A DNA stretch of 39,026 nt, taken from the sequence record NC_019714.1; one strand, given 5' to 3'. The position numbers were made by a program, and so were the translations under genes. This stretch comes from Escherichia phage HK446. Positions 1 to 8,384 of the stretch are shown here, piece after piece (position 1 is the stretch's first letter; each line of letters opens with the position of its first letter). Under the pieces are notes generated by a model, which was given only the letters and a program-made list of their open reading frames with translations, was not told where the DNA came from and did no database searches.

Positions 1-486
1 ATGGCAGATAAACGAATCCGTTCCGACAGTTCGGCGGCAGCGGTTCAGGCCATGAAAAATGCAGCTGTGGACACCATCGATCCGCCGTCCCATGCAGGTT
101 TGGAGAAAAAAGCCGAACCATTCTGGCATGACAATATCAGATCGAAAGCTCTGGACAGCTGGACGCCTGCCGACCTTCTAGCCGCCGTAGAACTTGCTAA
201 TAATCAGCTCTATATCACCGTTTTACGCAAGGATTTACGCAAAGAAGAGCGCATACGCGGGGAGGAGCGAGACGAAGGCCTTATAAAAGACCTCCGCAAG
301 CAAATTGTTGAGCTACAACGAACTATCCTGGCTCAGCGCCGCGACCTCCAGATCCACTCCCACGCAACCAACGGCGAAAGTCGCGACCAGAAGAAACGTA
401 ATCAGAACGATCGTGATGCACGGAATACCAAAAACGAGCATCAGGACCAGGACGATAACCTGATCGCCTTTCCCAAGCACGGATAA
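1..486 (+). CDS. Terminase small subunit (putative)
   Basis: 161-aa ORF directly upstream of the large terminase gene; charged, helix-rich C-terminus; begins at window nt 1 so the true 5' end could lie outside. Confidence 0.55.
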   Translation: MADKRIRSDSSAAAVQAMKNAAVDTIDPPSHAGLEKKAEPFWHDNIRSKALDSWTPADLLAAVELANNQLYITVLRKDLRKEERIRGEERDEGLIKDLRKQIVELQRTILAQRRDLQIHSHATNGESRDQKKRNQNDRDARNTKNEHQDQDDNLIAFPKHG

Positions 487-492
487 AAGACT

Positions 493-2007
493 ATGACGCG
501 AGGTGAGCGTGTAATAGCGTTCATTGAGCGCTTTTGCATCGTGCCAGAAGGCAAGCTTATCGGCCAACCTATGCGGTTGGACCCCTTTCAGAAAGATTTC
601 ATCCTGGCGGTTTACGACAATCCAGCCGGAACGGATATGGCGATCCTCTCCATCGCCCGAAAAAATGGTAAGACTGGCCTGATTGCCGGAATTCTGCTGG
701 CTCACCTGGTGGGGCCTGAAGCGGTGCAGAACACGCAGATTGTCAGCGGTGCACTCAGCCGGGAACAGGCGGCCATCGTTTTTAACCTCGCGGTGAAGAT
801 GGTTAACCTGAACCCCAAGCTGCAGGAGATTGTGCACATTACGCCCAGCGGCAAAAAGCTGATCGGCCTGCCGTGTAACGTCGAATACAAGGCTTTATCC
901 GCAGAAGGTAAGACGACGCACGGCCTTTCCCCCATTCTGGCCATTCTCGATGAAACAGGGCAGGTTAGGGGCCCGCAGGATGATTTTATCGATGCAATAA
1001 CTACGGCGCAGGGGGCTCATGAAAACCCGCTGCTAATCGTTATCAGTACGCAGGCAGCAAACGATGCTGACCTGCTTAGCATCTGGATTGATGATGCGGT
1101 CAAATCGAAAGATCCGCACATCGTGTGCCACGTTTATGAAGCGCCAAAAGACGCTGATATCAGTAAACGCGAGTCCTGGCTGGCTGCGAACCCGGCACTG
1201 GGAACATTCAGGTCAGAAAAAGACATGGCGCGCCAGGCTGAGAAAGCTGGCCGAATGCCAAGCTTCGAAAACACCTTCCGAAACCTCAACCTCAATCAGC
1301 GCGTGTCTACCGTATCGCCGTTTATCTCCCGCAGCGTGTGGGAGCTTTGCGGAGAGATGCCGATTAACACCCCGAGGAAGTGGTACGCGGGGCTGGATCT
1401 GTCAGCCAGGAACGACTTAACGGCGCTGGTTATCGCTGGTGAAGCAGATGATGGTGTCTGGGATGTTTTCCCCTTCTTCTGGACACCGCAAAAGACTCTT
1501 GAAGAGCGAACCAAAACGGACCGAGCACCCTATGACGTTTGGGTGAGGGAGGGGCTGCTGCGCACCACGCCAGGAGCTTCGGTGGATTACTCATTCGTCG
1601 TTGCGGATATCGCTGAAATTATCGGTGATTTCGACCTTACCTCGATGGCTTTTGACCGCTGGCGCATTGACCAGTTCAGGAAGGATGCCGATGCCATTGG
1701 GCTGAGCCTCCCGCTGGTCGAGTTCGGCCAGGGCTTTAAGGATATGGGGCCAGCTGTAGACACGCTGGAGTCTCTGATGCTTAACGGGCGCGTGAGGCAT
1801 GGCATGCACCCCGTATTAACGATGTGTGCTGTGAATGCGGTGGTGGTGAAAGATGCTGCTGGCAACCGCAAGCTCGATAAATCCAAAGCAACGGGCCGTA
1901 TTGATGGCATGGTCGCAATGACAATGTCCGTTGGTGCTGCTAATGGGGAAGTTACCGAACAGGGTGGTGACTTCGACGACTTCATTTTCCGACCGCTGAG
2001 CATGTGA
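493..2007 (+). CDS. Terminase large subunit
   Basis: 504-aa ORF in the expected position, with ATPase-like N-terminus and nuclease-like C-terminus; 4-nt overlap with the portal gene. Confidence 0.85.
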   Translation: MTRGERVIAFIERFCIVPEGKLIGQPMRLDPFQKDFILAVYDNPAGTDMAILSIARKNGKTGLIAGILLAHLVGPEAVQNTQIVSGALSREQAAIVFNLAVKMVNLNPKLQEIVHITPSGKKLIGLPCNVEYKALSAEGKTTHGLSPILAILDETGQVRGPQDDFIDAITTAQGAHENPLLIVISTQAANDADLLSIWIDDAVKSKDPHIVCHVYEAPKDADISKRESWLAANPALGTFRSEKDMARQAEKAGRMPSFENTFRNLNLNQRVSTVSPFISRSVWELCGEMPINTPRKWYAGLDLSARNDLTALVIAGEADDGVWDVFPFFWTPQKTLEERTKTDRAPYDVWVREGLLRTTPGASVDYSFVVADIAEIIGDFDLTSMAFDRWRIDQFRKDADAIGLSLPLVEFGQGFKDMGPAVDTLESLMLNGRVRHGMHPVLTMCAVNAVVVKDAAGNRKLDKSKATGRIDGMVAMTMSVGAANGEVTEQGGDFDDFIFRPLSM

Positions 2008-3281
2008 TGGAAGAACCTAAATACACGATTGACCTGCGAACCAATAACGGCTGGTGGGCAAGGCTGCAGTCCTGGTTTGTCGGCGGGCGTTTAGTCACCC
2101 CAAATCAGGGCTCACAGACGGGGCCTGTTTCGGCCCACGGACACCTGGGCGATTCATCCATTAACGATGAACGGATACTGCAAATTTCGACTGTGTGGCG
2201 CTGCGTGAGCCTGATTTCAACGCTCACGGCATGCTTACCGCTTGATGTCTTCGAAACAGACCAGAATGACAACCGTAAAAAAGTGGATTTGAGCAATCCA
2301 CTGGCGCGACTGCTGCGCTACTCACCGAATCAGTACATGACCGCCCAAGAATTCAGGGAGGCCATGACGATGCAGCTCTGTTTCTACGGTAACGCATATG
2401 CACTTGTGGACCGCAACAGCGCAGGTGACGTGATCAGCCTTCTCCCGCTTCAGTCTGCCAATATGGATGTGAAACTCGTCGGAAAAAAAGTGGTTTATCG
2501 CTATCAACGCAACAGCGAATACGCCGACTTTTCGCAGAAAGAGATTTTTCACCTTAAAGGCTTCGGATTCACCGGGCTTGTAGGCCTGTCACCCATTGCT
2601 TTTGCCTGTAAATCGGCAGGTGTGGCAGTTGCTATGGAGGACCAGCAGCGAGATTTCTTTGCCAACGGCGCCAAGTCTCCGCAAATCCTCTCAACTGGCG
2701 AAAAAGTGCTAACTGAACAGCAGCGCTCCCAGGTCGAAGAGAACTTCAAAGAGATCGCCGGCGGCCCGGTAAAAAAACGCCTCTGGATTCTGGAAGCTGG
2801 TTTTTCTACATCGGCAATTGGCGTAACTCCGCAGGATGCCGAAATGATGGCGTCCCGAAAATTTCAGGTAAGTGAACTGGCGCGATTCTTTGGCGTACCG
2901 CCTCACCTTGTCGGCGACGTCGAGAAATCAACGAGCTGGGGATCGGGCATCGAGCAGCAGAATCTCGGCTTCCTGCAGTACACCCTGCAGCCCTATATCT
3001 CCAGGTGGGAAAACAGCATTCAGCGGTGGCTTATTCCTGCTAAGGATGTTGGCCGCATTCATGCTGAGCACAACCTCGACGGCCTGCTGAGGGGCGATTC
3101 GGCATCCCGCGCTGCCTTTATGAAGGCAATGGGAGAGGCAGGGCTACGCACCATCAACGAGATGCGACGAACGGACAACCTCCCGCCATTGCCGGGTGGC
3201 GATGTGGCAATGCGCCAGTCGCAATACGTGCCGATCACCGATTTAGGAACCAACAAAGAGCCCCGTAATAACGGGGCTTAA
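2004..3281 (+). CDS. Portal protein (HK97-family-like)
   Basis: 425-aa ORF between terminase and prohead protease; synteny and size. Confidence 0.8.
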   Translation: MMEEPKYTIDLRTNNGWWARLQSWFVGGRLVTPNQGSQTGPVSAHGHLGDSSINDERILQISTVWRCVSLISTLTACLPLDVFETDQNDNRKKVDLSNPLARLLRYSPNQYMTAQEFREAMTMQLCFYGNAYALVDRNSAGDVISLLPLQSANMDVKLVGKKVVYRYQRNSEYADFSQKEIFHLKGFGFTGLVGLSPIAFACKSAGVAVAMEDQQRDFFANGAKSPQILSTGEKVLTEQQRSQVEENFKEIAGGPVKKRLWILEAGFSTSAIGVTPQDAEMMASRKFQVSELARFFGVPPHLVGDVEKSTSWGSGIEQQNLGFLQYTLQPYISRWENSIQRWLIPAKDVGRIHAEHNLDGLLRGDSASRAAFMKAMGEAGLRTINEMRRTDNLPPLPGGDVAMRQSQYVPITDLGTNKEPRNNGA

Positions 3282-3298
3282 TTTTTATGGGGGCCGTA

Positions 3299-3976
3299 AT
3301 GCCTGAAATCGTAAAAACGCTGTCCTTCGACGAGACAGAAATCAAATTCACCGGTGACGGTAAACAGGGGATTTTTGAAGGCTACGCCTCTGTTTTTAAT
3401 AACACCGATTCCGATGGCGACATCATTCTGCCCGGGGCGTTTAAAAACGCGCTGGCGAACCAGACCCGAAAAGTGGCGATGTTTTTTAACCACAGGACGT
3501 GGGAACTGCCGGTTGGCAAATGGGACAGCCTGGCTGAAGACGAAAAAGGCCTGTATGTGCGCGGTCAACTTACCCCAGGACACAGCGGCGCCGCTGACCT
3601 GAAAGCGGCAATGCAGCACGGTACGGTTGAAGGTATGTCGGTTGGCTTTTCCGTTTCGAAAGACGATTACACCATCATTCCAACAGGCCGCATTTTTAAG
3701 AATATCCAGGCTCTGCGCGAAATCAGCGTCTGCACTTTCCCCGCCAACGAACAGGCTGGCATCGCAGCCATGAAAAGTGTCGATGGCATTGAAACGATTC
3801 GTGATGTGGAGAACTGGCTGAGGGATTCAGTCGGCCTCACCAAATCACAGGCAGTTGGGCTAATTGCCCGGTTTAAGTCAGCGATTCGGAGCGAGTCCGA
3901 GGGCGACGGAAACGAAGCACAAATAAACGCTCTGCTTCAGAGCATCAAATCTTTCCCTTCTAACTTAGGTAAATAA
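3299..3976 (+). CDS. Prohead maturation protease (HK97 family)
   Basis: EGYASVFN...DGDIILPGAF motif typical of HK97-family prohead proteases; start chosen at second ATG (3299), which has a G-rich SD; the track ORF opens at 3287. Confidence 0.8.
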   Translation: MPEIVKTLSFDETEIKFTGDGKQGIFEGYASVFNNTDSDGDIILPGAFKNALANQTRKVAMFFNHRTWELPVGKWDSLAEDEKGLYVRGQLTPGHSGAADLKAAMQHGTVEGMSVGFSVSKDDYTIIPTGRIFKNIQALREISVCTFPANEQAGIAAMKSVDGIETIRDVENWLRDSVGLTKSQAVGLIARFKSAIRSESEGDGNEAQINALLQSIKSFPSNLGK

Positions 3977-3978
3977 TT

Positions 3979-5133
3979 ATGTCTGAACTCGCTCTCATTC
4001 AAAAAGCTATCGAAGAATCCCAGCAGAAAATGACCCAGCTTTTCGATGCGCAGAAAGCAGAAATCGAAAGCACAGGCCAGGTTTCCAAACAGTTGCAGTC
4101 CGACCTGATGAAAGTACAGGAAGAGCTGACCAAATCCGGCACTCGCCTCTTCGATCTGGAACAGAAACTGGCATCCGGCGCTGAGAATCCTGGTGAGAAG
4201 AAATCCTTCTCTGAACGGGCTGCTGAAGAGCTTATTAAGTCATGGGACGGTAAACAGGGCACCTTTGGCGCTAAAACGTTTAACAAGTCACTAGGCAGTG
4301 ACGCTGGTTCGGCTGGCTCACTGATCCAGCCTATGCAGATCCCAGGCATCATCATGCCAGGCCTGCGCCGTCTTACCATTCGTGATCTGCTGTCTCAGGG
4401 CCGCACTTCCAGTAACGCTCTGGAATATGTGCGTGAAGAGGTGTTTACCAATAACGCCGACGTGGTGGCAGAGAAAGCACTGAAGCCAGAATCGGATATC
4501 ACCTTCAGCAAACAAACCGCGAACGTGAAGACCATCGCGCACTGGGTGCAGGCATCACGTCAGGTGATGGATGATGCGCCAATGCTTCAGTCCTACATTA
4601 ACAACCGCCTCATGTACGGCCTGGCACTGAAGGAAGAGGGCCAGCTGCTGAACGGCGACGGTACCGGGGATAACCTGGAAGGGCTGAACAAAGTGGCAAC
4701 CGCCTATGACACCTCGCTGAATGCCACCGGCGACACCCGCGCTGACATTATCGCTCACGCTATTTATCAGGTGACCGAGTCTGAGTTCAGCGCTTCCGGT
4801 ATCGTCCTGAACCCGCGCGACTGGCACAACATCGCGTTGCTGAAAGACAATGAAGGCCGCTATATCTTCGGTGGTCCTCAGGCATTCACCAGTAACATCA
4901 TGTGGGGCTTGCCAGTGGTTCCGACTAAGGCGCAGGCCGTCGGCACCTTTACCGTAGGCGGTTTCGATATGGCCTCACAGGTCTGGGATCGCATGGATGC
5001 CACCGTGGAAGTTAGCCGTGAAGACCGCGATAACTTCGTGAAAAACATGCTGACCATCCTGTGCGAAGAGCGTCTGGCGCTGGCGCATTATCGCCCGACA
5101 GCAATCATCAAGGGCACCTTCTCTGCTGACTAA
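3979..5133 (+). CDS. Major capsid protein, HK97 gp5-like
   Basis: 384-aa protein matching my recollection of HK97 gp5 (MSELALIQKAIEESQQ...), with coiled-coil delta domain; K169, N356 and E363 at the expected positions. Confidence 0.92.
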   Translation: MSELALIQKAIEESQQKMTQLFDAQKAEIESTGQVSKQLQSDLMKVQEELTKSGTRLFDLEQKLASGAENPGEKKSFSERAAEELIKSWDGKQGTFGAKTFNKSLGSDAGSAGSLIQPMQIPGIIMPGLRRLTIRDLLSQGRTSSNALEYVREEVFTNNADVVAEKALKPESDITFSKQTANVKTIAHWVQASRQVMDDAPMLQSYINNRLMYGLALKEEGQLLNGDGTGDNLEGLNKVATAYDTSLNATGDTRADIIAHAIYQVTESEFSASGIVLNPRDWHNIALLKDNEGRYIFGGPQAFTSNIMWGLPVVPTKAQAVGTFTVGGFDMASQVWDRMDATVEVSREDRDNFVKNMLTILCEERLALAHYRPTAIIKGTFSAD

Positions 5134-5140
5134 TGATGGA

Positions 5141-5165
5141 GGGGGCGGGGAAACCCGCCCTTTTA
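5141..5165 (+). terminator. Intrinsic terminator-like hairpin after capsid gene
   Basis: GGGCGGG-gaaa-CCCGCCC stem-loop followed by TTTT. Confidence 0.6.
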
Positions 5166-5169
5166 ACGT

Positions 5170-5496
5170 ATGGCGATAGATGTTCTGGATGTAATTCCCC
5201 TCAGTCTGTTTAAGCAGCAGATTGAGTTTGAGGAAGACGACAGGGACGAGCTGATCACGCTGTACGCCCAGGCCGCTTTTGACTACTGCATGCGCTGGTG
5301 CGATGAACCAGCATGGAAGGTTGCGGCTGATATTCCTGCCGCCGTTAAGGGCGCCGTTCTGCTTGTCTTTGCTGACATGTTTGAACACCGGACGGCACAA
5401 AGCGAAGTGCAGCTTTATGAGAATGCAGCCGCCGAACGCATGATGTTCATTCATCGCAACTGGCGCGGTAAATCTGAACCTGAGGAGGGCTCCTGA
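5170..5496 (+). CDS. Head-tail connector / DNA packaging protein (gp6-like)
   Basis: 108-aa ORF immediately after capsid gene; synteny of HK97-type head-completion genes. Confidence 0.55.
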   Translation: MAIDVLDVIPLSLFKQQIEFEEDDRDELITLYAQAAFDYCMRWCDEPAWKVAADIPAAVKGAVLLVFADMFEHRTAQSEVQLYENAAAERMMFIHRNWRGKSEPEEGS

Positions 5497-5834
5497 TGGA
5501 ACCTGGACGATTCAGGCACAGGGTAAAAATTCTCACCTTCACGACTTCGCGCGATCCATCTGGTCAGCCGGTTGAATCGTGGACTGGTGGCAACCCGGTC
5601 CCGGCTGAGGTAAAGGGGATCAGCGGCAGAGAGCAGCTTTCAGGCGGCGCGGAAACGGCGCAGGCAACCATTCGCGTCTGGATGCGCTTCAGGTCAGAGC
5701 TGAATGCCTCTTCTCGTCTGGAAGTGCTCAGCGGCCCGTATAAAGGTCAGGTGCTAAATATCATCGGTCCTCCTGTAGCAAATGCGACCGGCACTCGCCT
5801 GGAAATTCTTTGCAAAACGGGAGCTGAAAAATGA
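5496..5834 (+). CDS. Head closure / head-tail adaptor protein
   Basis: 112-aa ORF sharing its start with the upstream stop; synteny. Confidence 0.5.
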   Translation: MEPGRFRHRVKILTFTTSRDPSGQPVESWTGGNPVPAEVKGISGREQLSGGAETAQATIRVWMRFRSELNASSRLEVLSGPYKGQVLNIIGPPVANATGTRLEILCKTGAEK

Positions 5835-6280
5835 TTGAGACGAGCCTCGATTTTTCCGGGTTAAATGACATCGCAAAGGATCTGGAGGCGCTTAGCCGCG
5901 CTGAAAATAACAAGGTTCTGCGTGATGCCACGCGCGCCGGTGCCGAAGTGCTTAAGGAAGAGGTGATCGCCCGCGCTCCGGTGCGTACCGGGAAACTGAA
6001 AAAAAACGTGGTGGTGGTGACCCAAAAAAGCCGTCGCCGCGGGGAAATTTCTTCCGGCGTCCATATTCGTGGCGTTAACCCGCGCACCGGCAACAGCGAT
6101 AACACGATGAAGGCGAAGAACCCGAGAAACGCCTTTTACTGGCGATTCGTTGAAATGGGAACCGCGAACATGCCTGCACATCCGTTTGTGCGACCCGCTT
6201 ACGATACTCGCGAGGAAGAGGCCGCCAGCGTCGCCATTGCCAGGATGAATCAGGCTATTGATGAGGTATTGAGCAAGTGA
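5831..6280 (+). CDS. Head-tail joining protein (HK97 gp10-family-like)
   Basis: 149-aa ORF with 4-nt overlap; synteny. Confidence 0.5.
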   Translation: MIETSLDFSGLNDIAKDLEALSRAENNKVLRDATRAGAEVLKEEVIARAPVRTGKLKKNVVVVTQKSRRRGEISSGVHIRGVNPRTGNSDNTMKAKNPRNAFYWRFVEMGTANMPAHPFVRPAYDTREEEAASVAIARMNQAIDEVLSK

Positions 6281-6624
6281 ATGAAGATAATATCTACGCC
6301 TTGCTTTCTCCCCTGGCAGAAGGACGGGTATATCCCTATGTTGCGCCATTAGGTAGTGACGGTAAACCGTCTGTCTCTCCACCCTGGATTATCTTTTCCA
6401 TCGTCGATGATGTTTCCGCTGACGTGCTGTGTGGTCAGGCAGAGAGCAGGGTTTCCGTTCAGGTCGATGTGTATTCCACTTCGATCGCTGAATCACGATC
6501 CCTGAGAGATTTGGTGCTCGCTTCGCTTGAGCCGTTAACCCCTACAGAGGTGGTAAAAATCCCCGGGTACGAGCCAGATTATCGGCTCTACCGTGCCACC
6601 CTGGATTTTAAAGTTACCCCCTGA
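6277..6624 (+). CDS. Tail completion / tail terminator-like protein
   Basis: 115-aa ORF immediately upstream of the major tail protein gene; 4-nt overlap. Confidence 0.45.
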   Translation: MNEDNIYALLSPLAEGRVYPYVAPLGSDGKPSVSPPWIIFSIVDDVSADVLCGQAESRVSVQVDVYSTSIAESRSLRDLVLASLEPLTPTEVVKIPGYEPDYRLYRATLDFKVTP

Positions 6625-6644
6625 CAATTAATTCACCCAACGAA

Positions 6645-6670
6645 CCCGCCAGATGGCGGGTTTTCTTTTT
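6645..6670 (+). terminator. Intrinsic terminator-like hairpin upstream of major tail gene
   Basis: CCCGCC-agat-GGCGGG stem-loop followed by TTTTCTTTTT; AGGAGA SD and ATG follow. Confidence 0.6.
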
Positions 6671-6683
6671 CCAGGAGACAGCT

Positions 6684-7388
6684 ATGTCTGCACTTTATGA
6701 AAAATCGCAGCTGACGAAGATCCTTATTTCCTCCCTGCCGTCCACCAAAGAAACGATGGATTCCGCCACCTTTCTCGATCTGAGTTGCACCATCAAAGAA
6801 ATTCAGTTCACTGGTGGCCAGAAGCAGGATATCGACGTAACAACACTTTGCTCTACCGAGCAGGAGAACATCAACGGCCTGCCTTCTCCGTCAGAAATCT
6901 CTCTGTCCGGCAACTTCTACAATAATCCAGCGCAGGACGCCTTGCGTGATGCGTATGACAACGACACCACTTACTGCTTCCAGATCATCTTCCCGTCAGG
7001 TAATGGTTTTAAGTTCCTGGCCGAAGTTCGCCAGCATACCTGGTCATCTGGTACCAATGGTGTTGTGGCAGCTACATTCTCACTGCGCCTTAAAGGCAAG
7101 CCTGTCCAGATTGACTCTGTACTTAAACTGACCACTGATCTTCCTTCCTCACTGTCTGTAGCGGTGGGGGCTGCGATCAGCATGGCTGTAGTAGCTGCCG
7201 GTGGTAAGCCTCCGTATGCCTACACCTGGAAGAAGGCAGGTAGCACCGTCAGCGGGCAGACATCCGATACCTTTAATAAAGCCACCGCAGTTTCAGGTGA
7301 TGCAGGTGATTACACCTGTGTGGTTACGGATTCTTCTTCTCCGGTCAAAACGGTTACCTCAGCTGCCTGCACCCTTACTATCAGTTAA
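6684..7388 (+). CDS. Major tail protein with C-terminal Ig-like domain
   Basis: 234-aa ORF with strong SD; C-terminal ~70 aa has an Ig-like signature (YTWKK...GDAGDYTCVV...TLTIS), as in lambda gpV. Confidence 0.75.
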   Translation: MSALYEKSQLTKILISSLPSTKETMDSATFLDLSCTIKEIQFTGGQKQDIDVTTLCSTEQENINGLPSPSEISLSGNFYNNPAQDALRDAYDNDTTYCFQIIFPSGNGFKFLAEVRQHTWSSGTNGVVAATFSLRLKGKPVQIDSVLKLTTDLPSSLSVAVGAAISMAVVAAGGKPPYAYTWKKAGSTVSGQTSDTFNKATAVSGDAGDYTCVVTDSSSPVKTVTSAACTLTIS

Positions 7389-7422
7389 TGGAGATGCCGG
7401 GTTGTCCCGGCATGGATAAGCG

Positions 7423-7809
7423 ATGTCGCAAACTTTAAAACAATTAGCCATGGCGAAAATGGCTGGCTTTCGCCATAAGACGGTCGTTGTCCCTGAGTGG
7501 GAAGGTGTCAAAGTGGTTCTCCGTGAGCCGTCAGGTGAAGCCTGGCTGCGCTGGCAGGAGGTGGTGAAAGGGGGGGGCGACGATGAAAATGTGTCGGTAT
7601 CGGAAAAGGCGCACCGTAATCTTTGCGCTGACGTGGTGCTCTTCATTGACGTTCTGTGTGACACCGATAAGCAACCGGTATTCAGCGTAGACGAAGAAGA
7701 GCAGGTGCGTGAAATTTACGGGCCCGTGCACTCACGTCTGCTCAAACAGGCGCTTGACCTGATCAACAATGCGGACGAAGCGCGGGAAAAGTCTCAACCC
7801 CCGGCGTAA
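7423..7809 (+). CDS. Tail assembly chaperone (gpG-like)
   Basis: 128-aa ORF between major tail and tape measure genes; followed by an overlapping -1 frame ORF. Confidence 0.7.
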   Translation: MSQTLKQLAMAKMAGFRHKTVVVPEWEGVKVVLREPSGEAWLRWQEVVKGGGDDENVSVSEKAHRNLCADVVLFIDVLCDTDKQPVFSVDEEEQVREIYGPVHSRLLKQALDLINNADEAREKSQPPA

Positions 7810-8096
7810 AGTTTCTGATGTCGCTTGCGCTCCGGATGGGGCGCACGCTCTCAGAGCTTCGGCAGAATATGACGGCAAGCGAGCTTCTGATGTGGATTGA
7901 GTACGACAGGCAAAGCCCGGTTGGCGATATTCGCGGTGATATCCATGCAGCGCAGATTGTCTCTGCCATCTACGGCTCGCAGGGGGCAAAAGTACCGCTG
8001 GACGATGCGATCCTGCGCTGGGGTGGTGATGAGCAATCAGAACCGAAGGACCCGTTTGCAGGGCTTGAGGCGGCACTTACAGCTGCGACACAATAA
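7423..8096 (+). CDS. Tail assembly chaperone G-T fusion via putative -1 programmed frameshift
   Basis: The -1 frame is open from about 7758 to 8096, overlapping the G 3' end; candidate slip site GGAAAAG at about 7785-7791. Confidence 0.5.
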
Positions 8097-8153
8097 TTGC
8101 TTCACATGCCTTCAATGTAGCGATACGCTCTTTCCTTAAGTAAAGGAGGCGTT

Positions 8154-8342
8154 ATGGAACCACTGGTAGTAGTGTTTGGAATATTCGGCTGGCTGATAAA
8201 TCTAATTGTGATTTTTTATTTATTACGGTTTAGCACAAGGGCAAATGAACAAGTTGAAGCCCTTAAAGAGATAAATAAAAAGCAAGATGCGCAAATAGAT
8301 TTATTAATACAAGTCGCTCACCAAAGAAAAGACAGTTTATAA
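8154..8342 (+). CDS. Small single-pass membrane protein, YebO-like (HK97 gp15-like superinfection exclusion moron)
   Basis: 62-aa ORF with AAGGAGG SD, N-terminal hydrophobic helix then RFSTRANEQVE motif; sits between chaperone and tape measure genes and is followed by its own terminator. Confidence 0.7.
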   Translation: MEPLVVVFGIFGWLINLIVIFYLLRFSTRANEQVEALKEINKKQDAQIDLLIQVAHQRKDSL

Positions 8343-8349
8343 CTCACGA

Positions 8350-8372
8350 CCCGCTATCAAGCGGGTTTTTTT
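8350..8372 (+). terminator. Intrinsic terminator after YebO-like moron
   Basis: CCCGCT-atca-AGCGGG stem followed by T7. Confidence 0.7.
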
Positions 8373-8384
8373 ATGGGTGAAAAT

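Noticed and set aside
313-837. 174-aa minus-strand ORF overlapping terminase genes
   Set aside because: Antisense to two well-supported genes in a tightly packed operon; no RBS; looks like a chance open frame
8373-8384. First ATG of the tape measure ORF (and analogous first ATGs at 3287, 13818, 14479)
   Set aside because: These ATGs sit in the terminator T-tract/ATGGG element with no SD; at 13818 and 14479 they are out of frame and stop within a few codons; the downstream ATG is the likelier start
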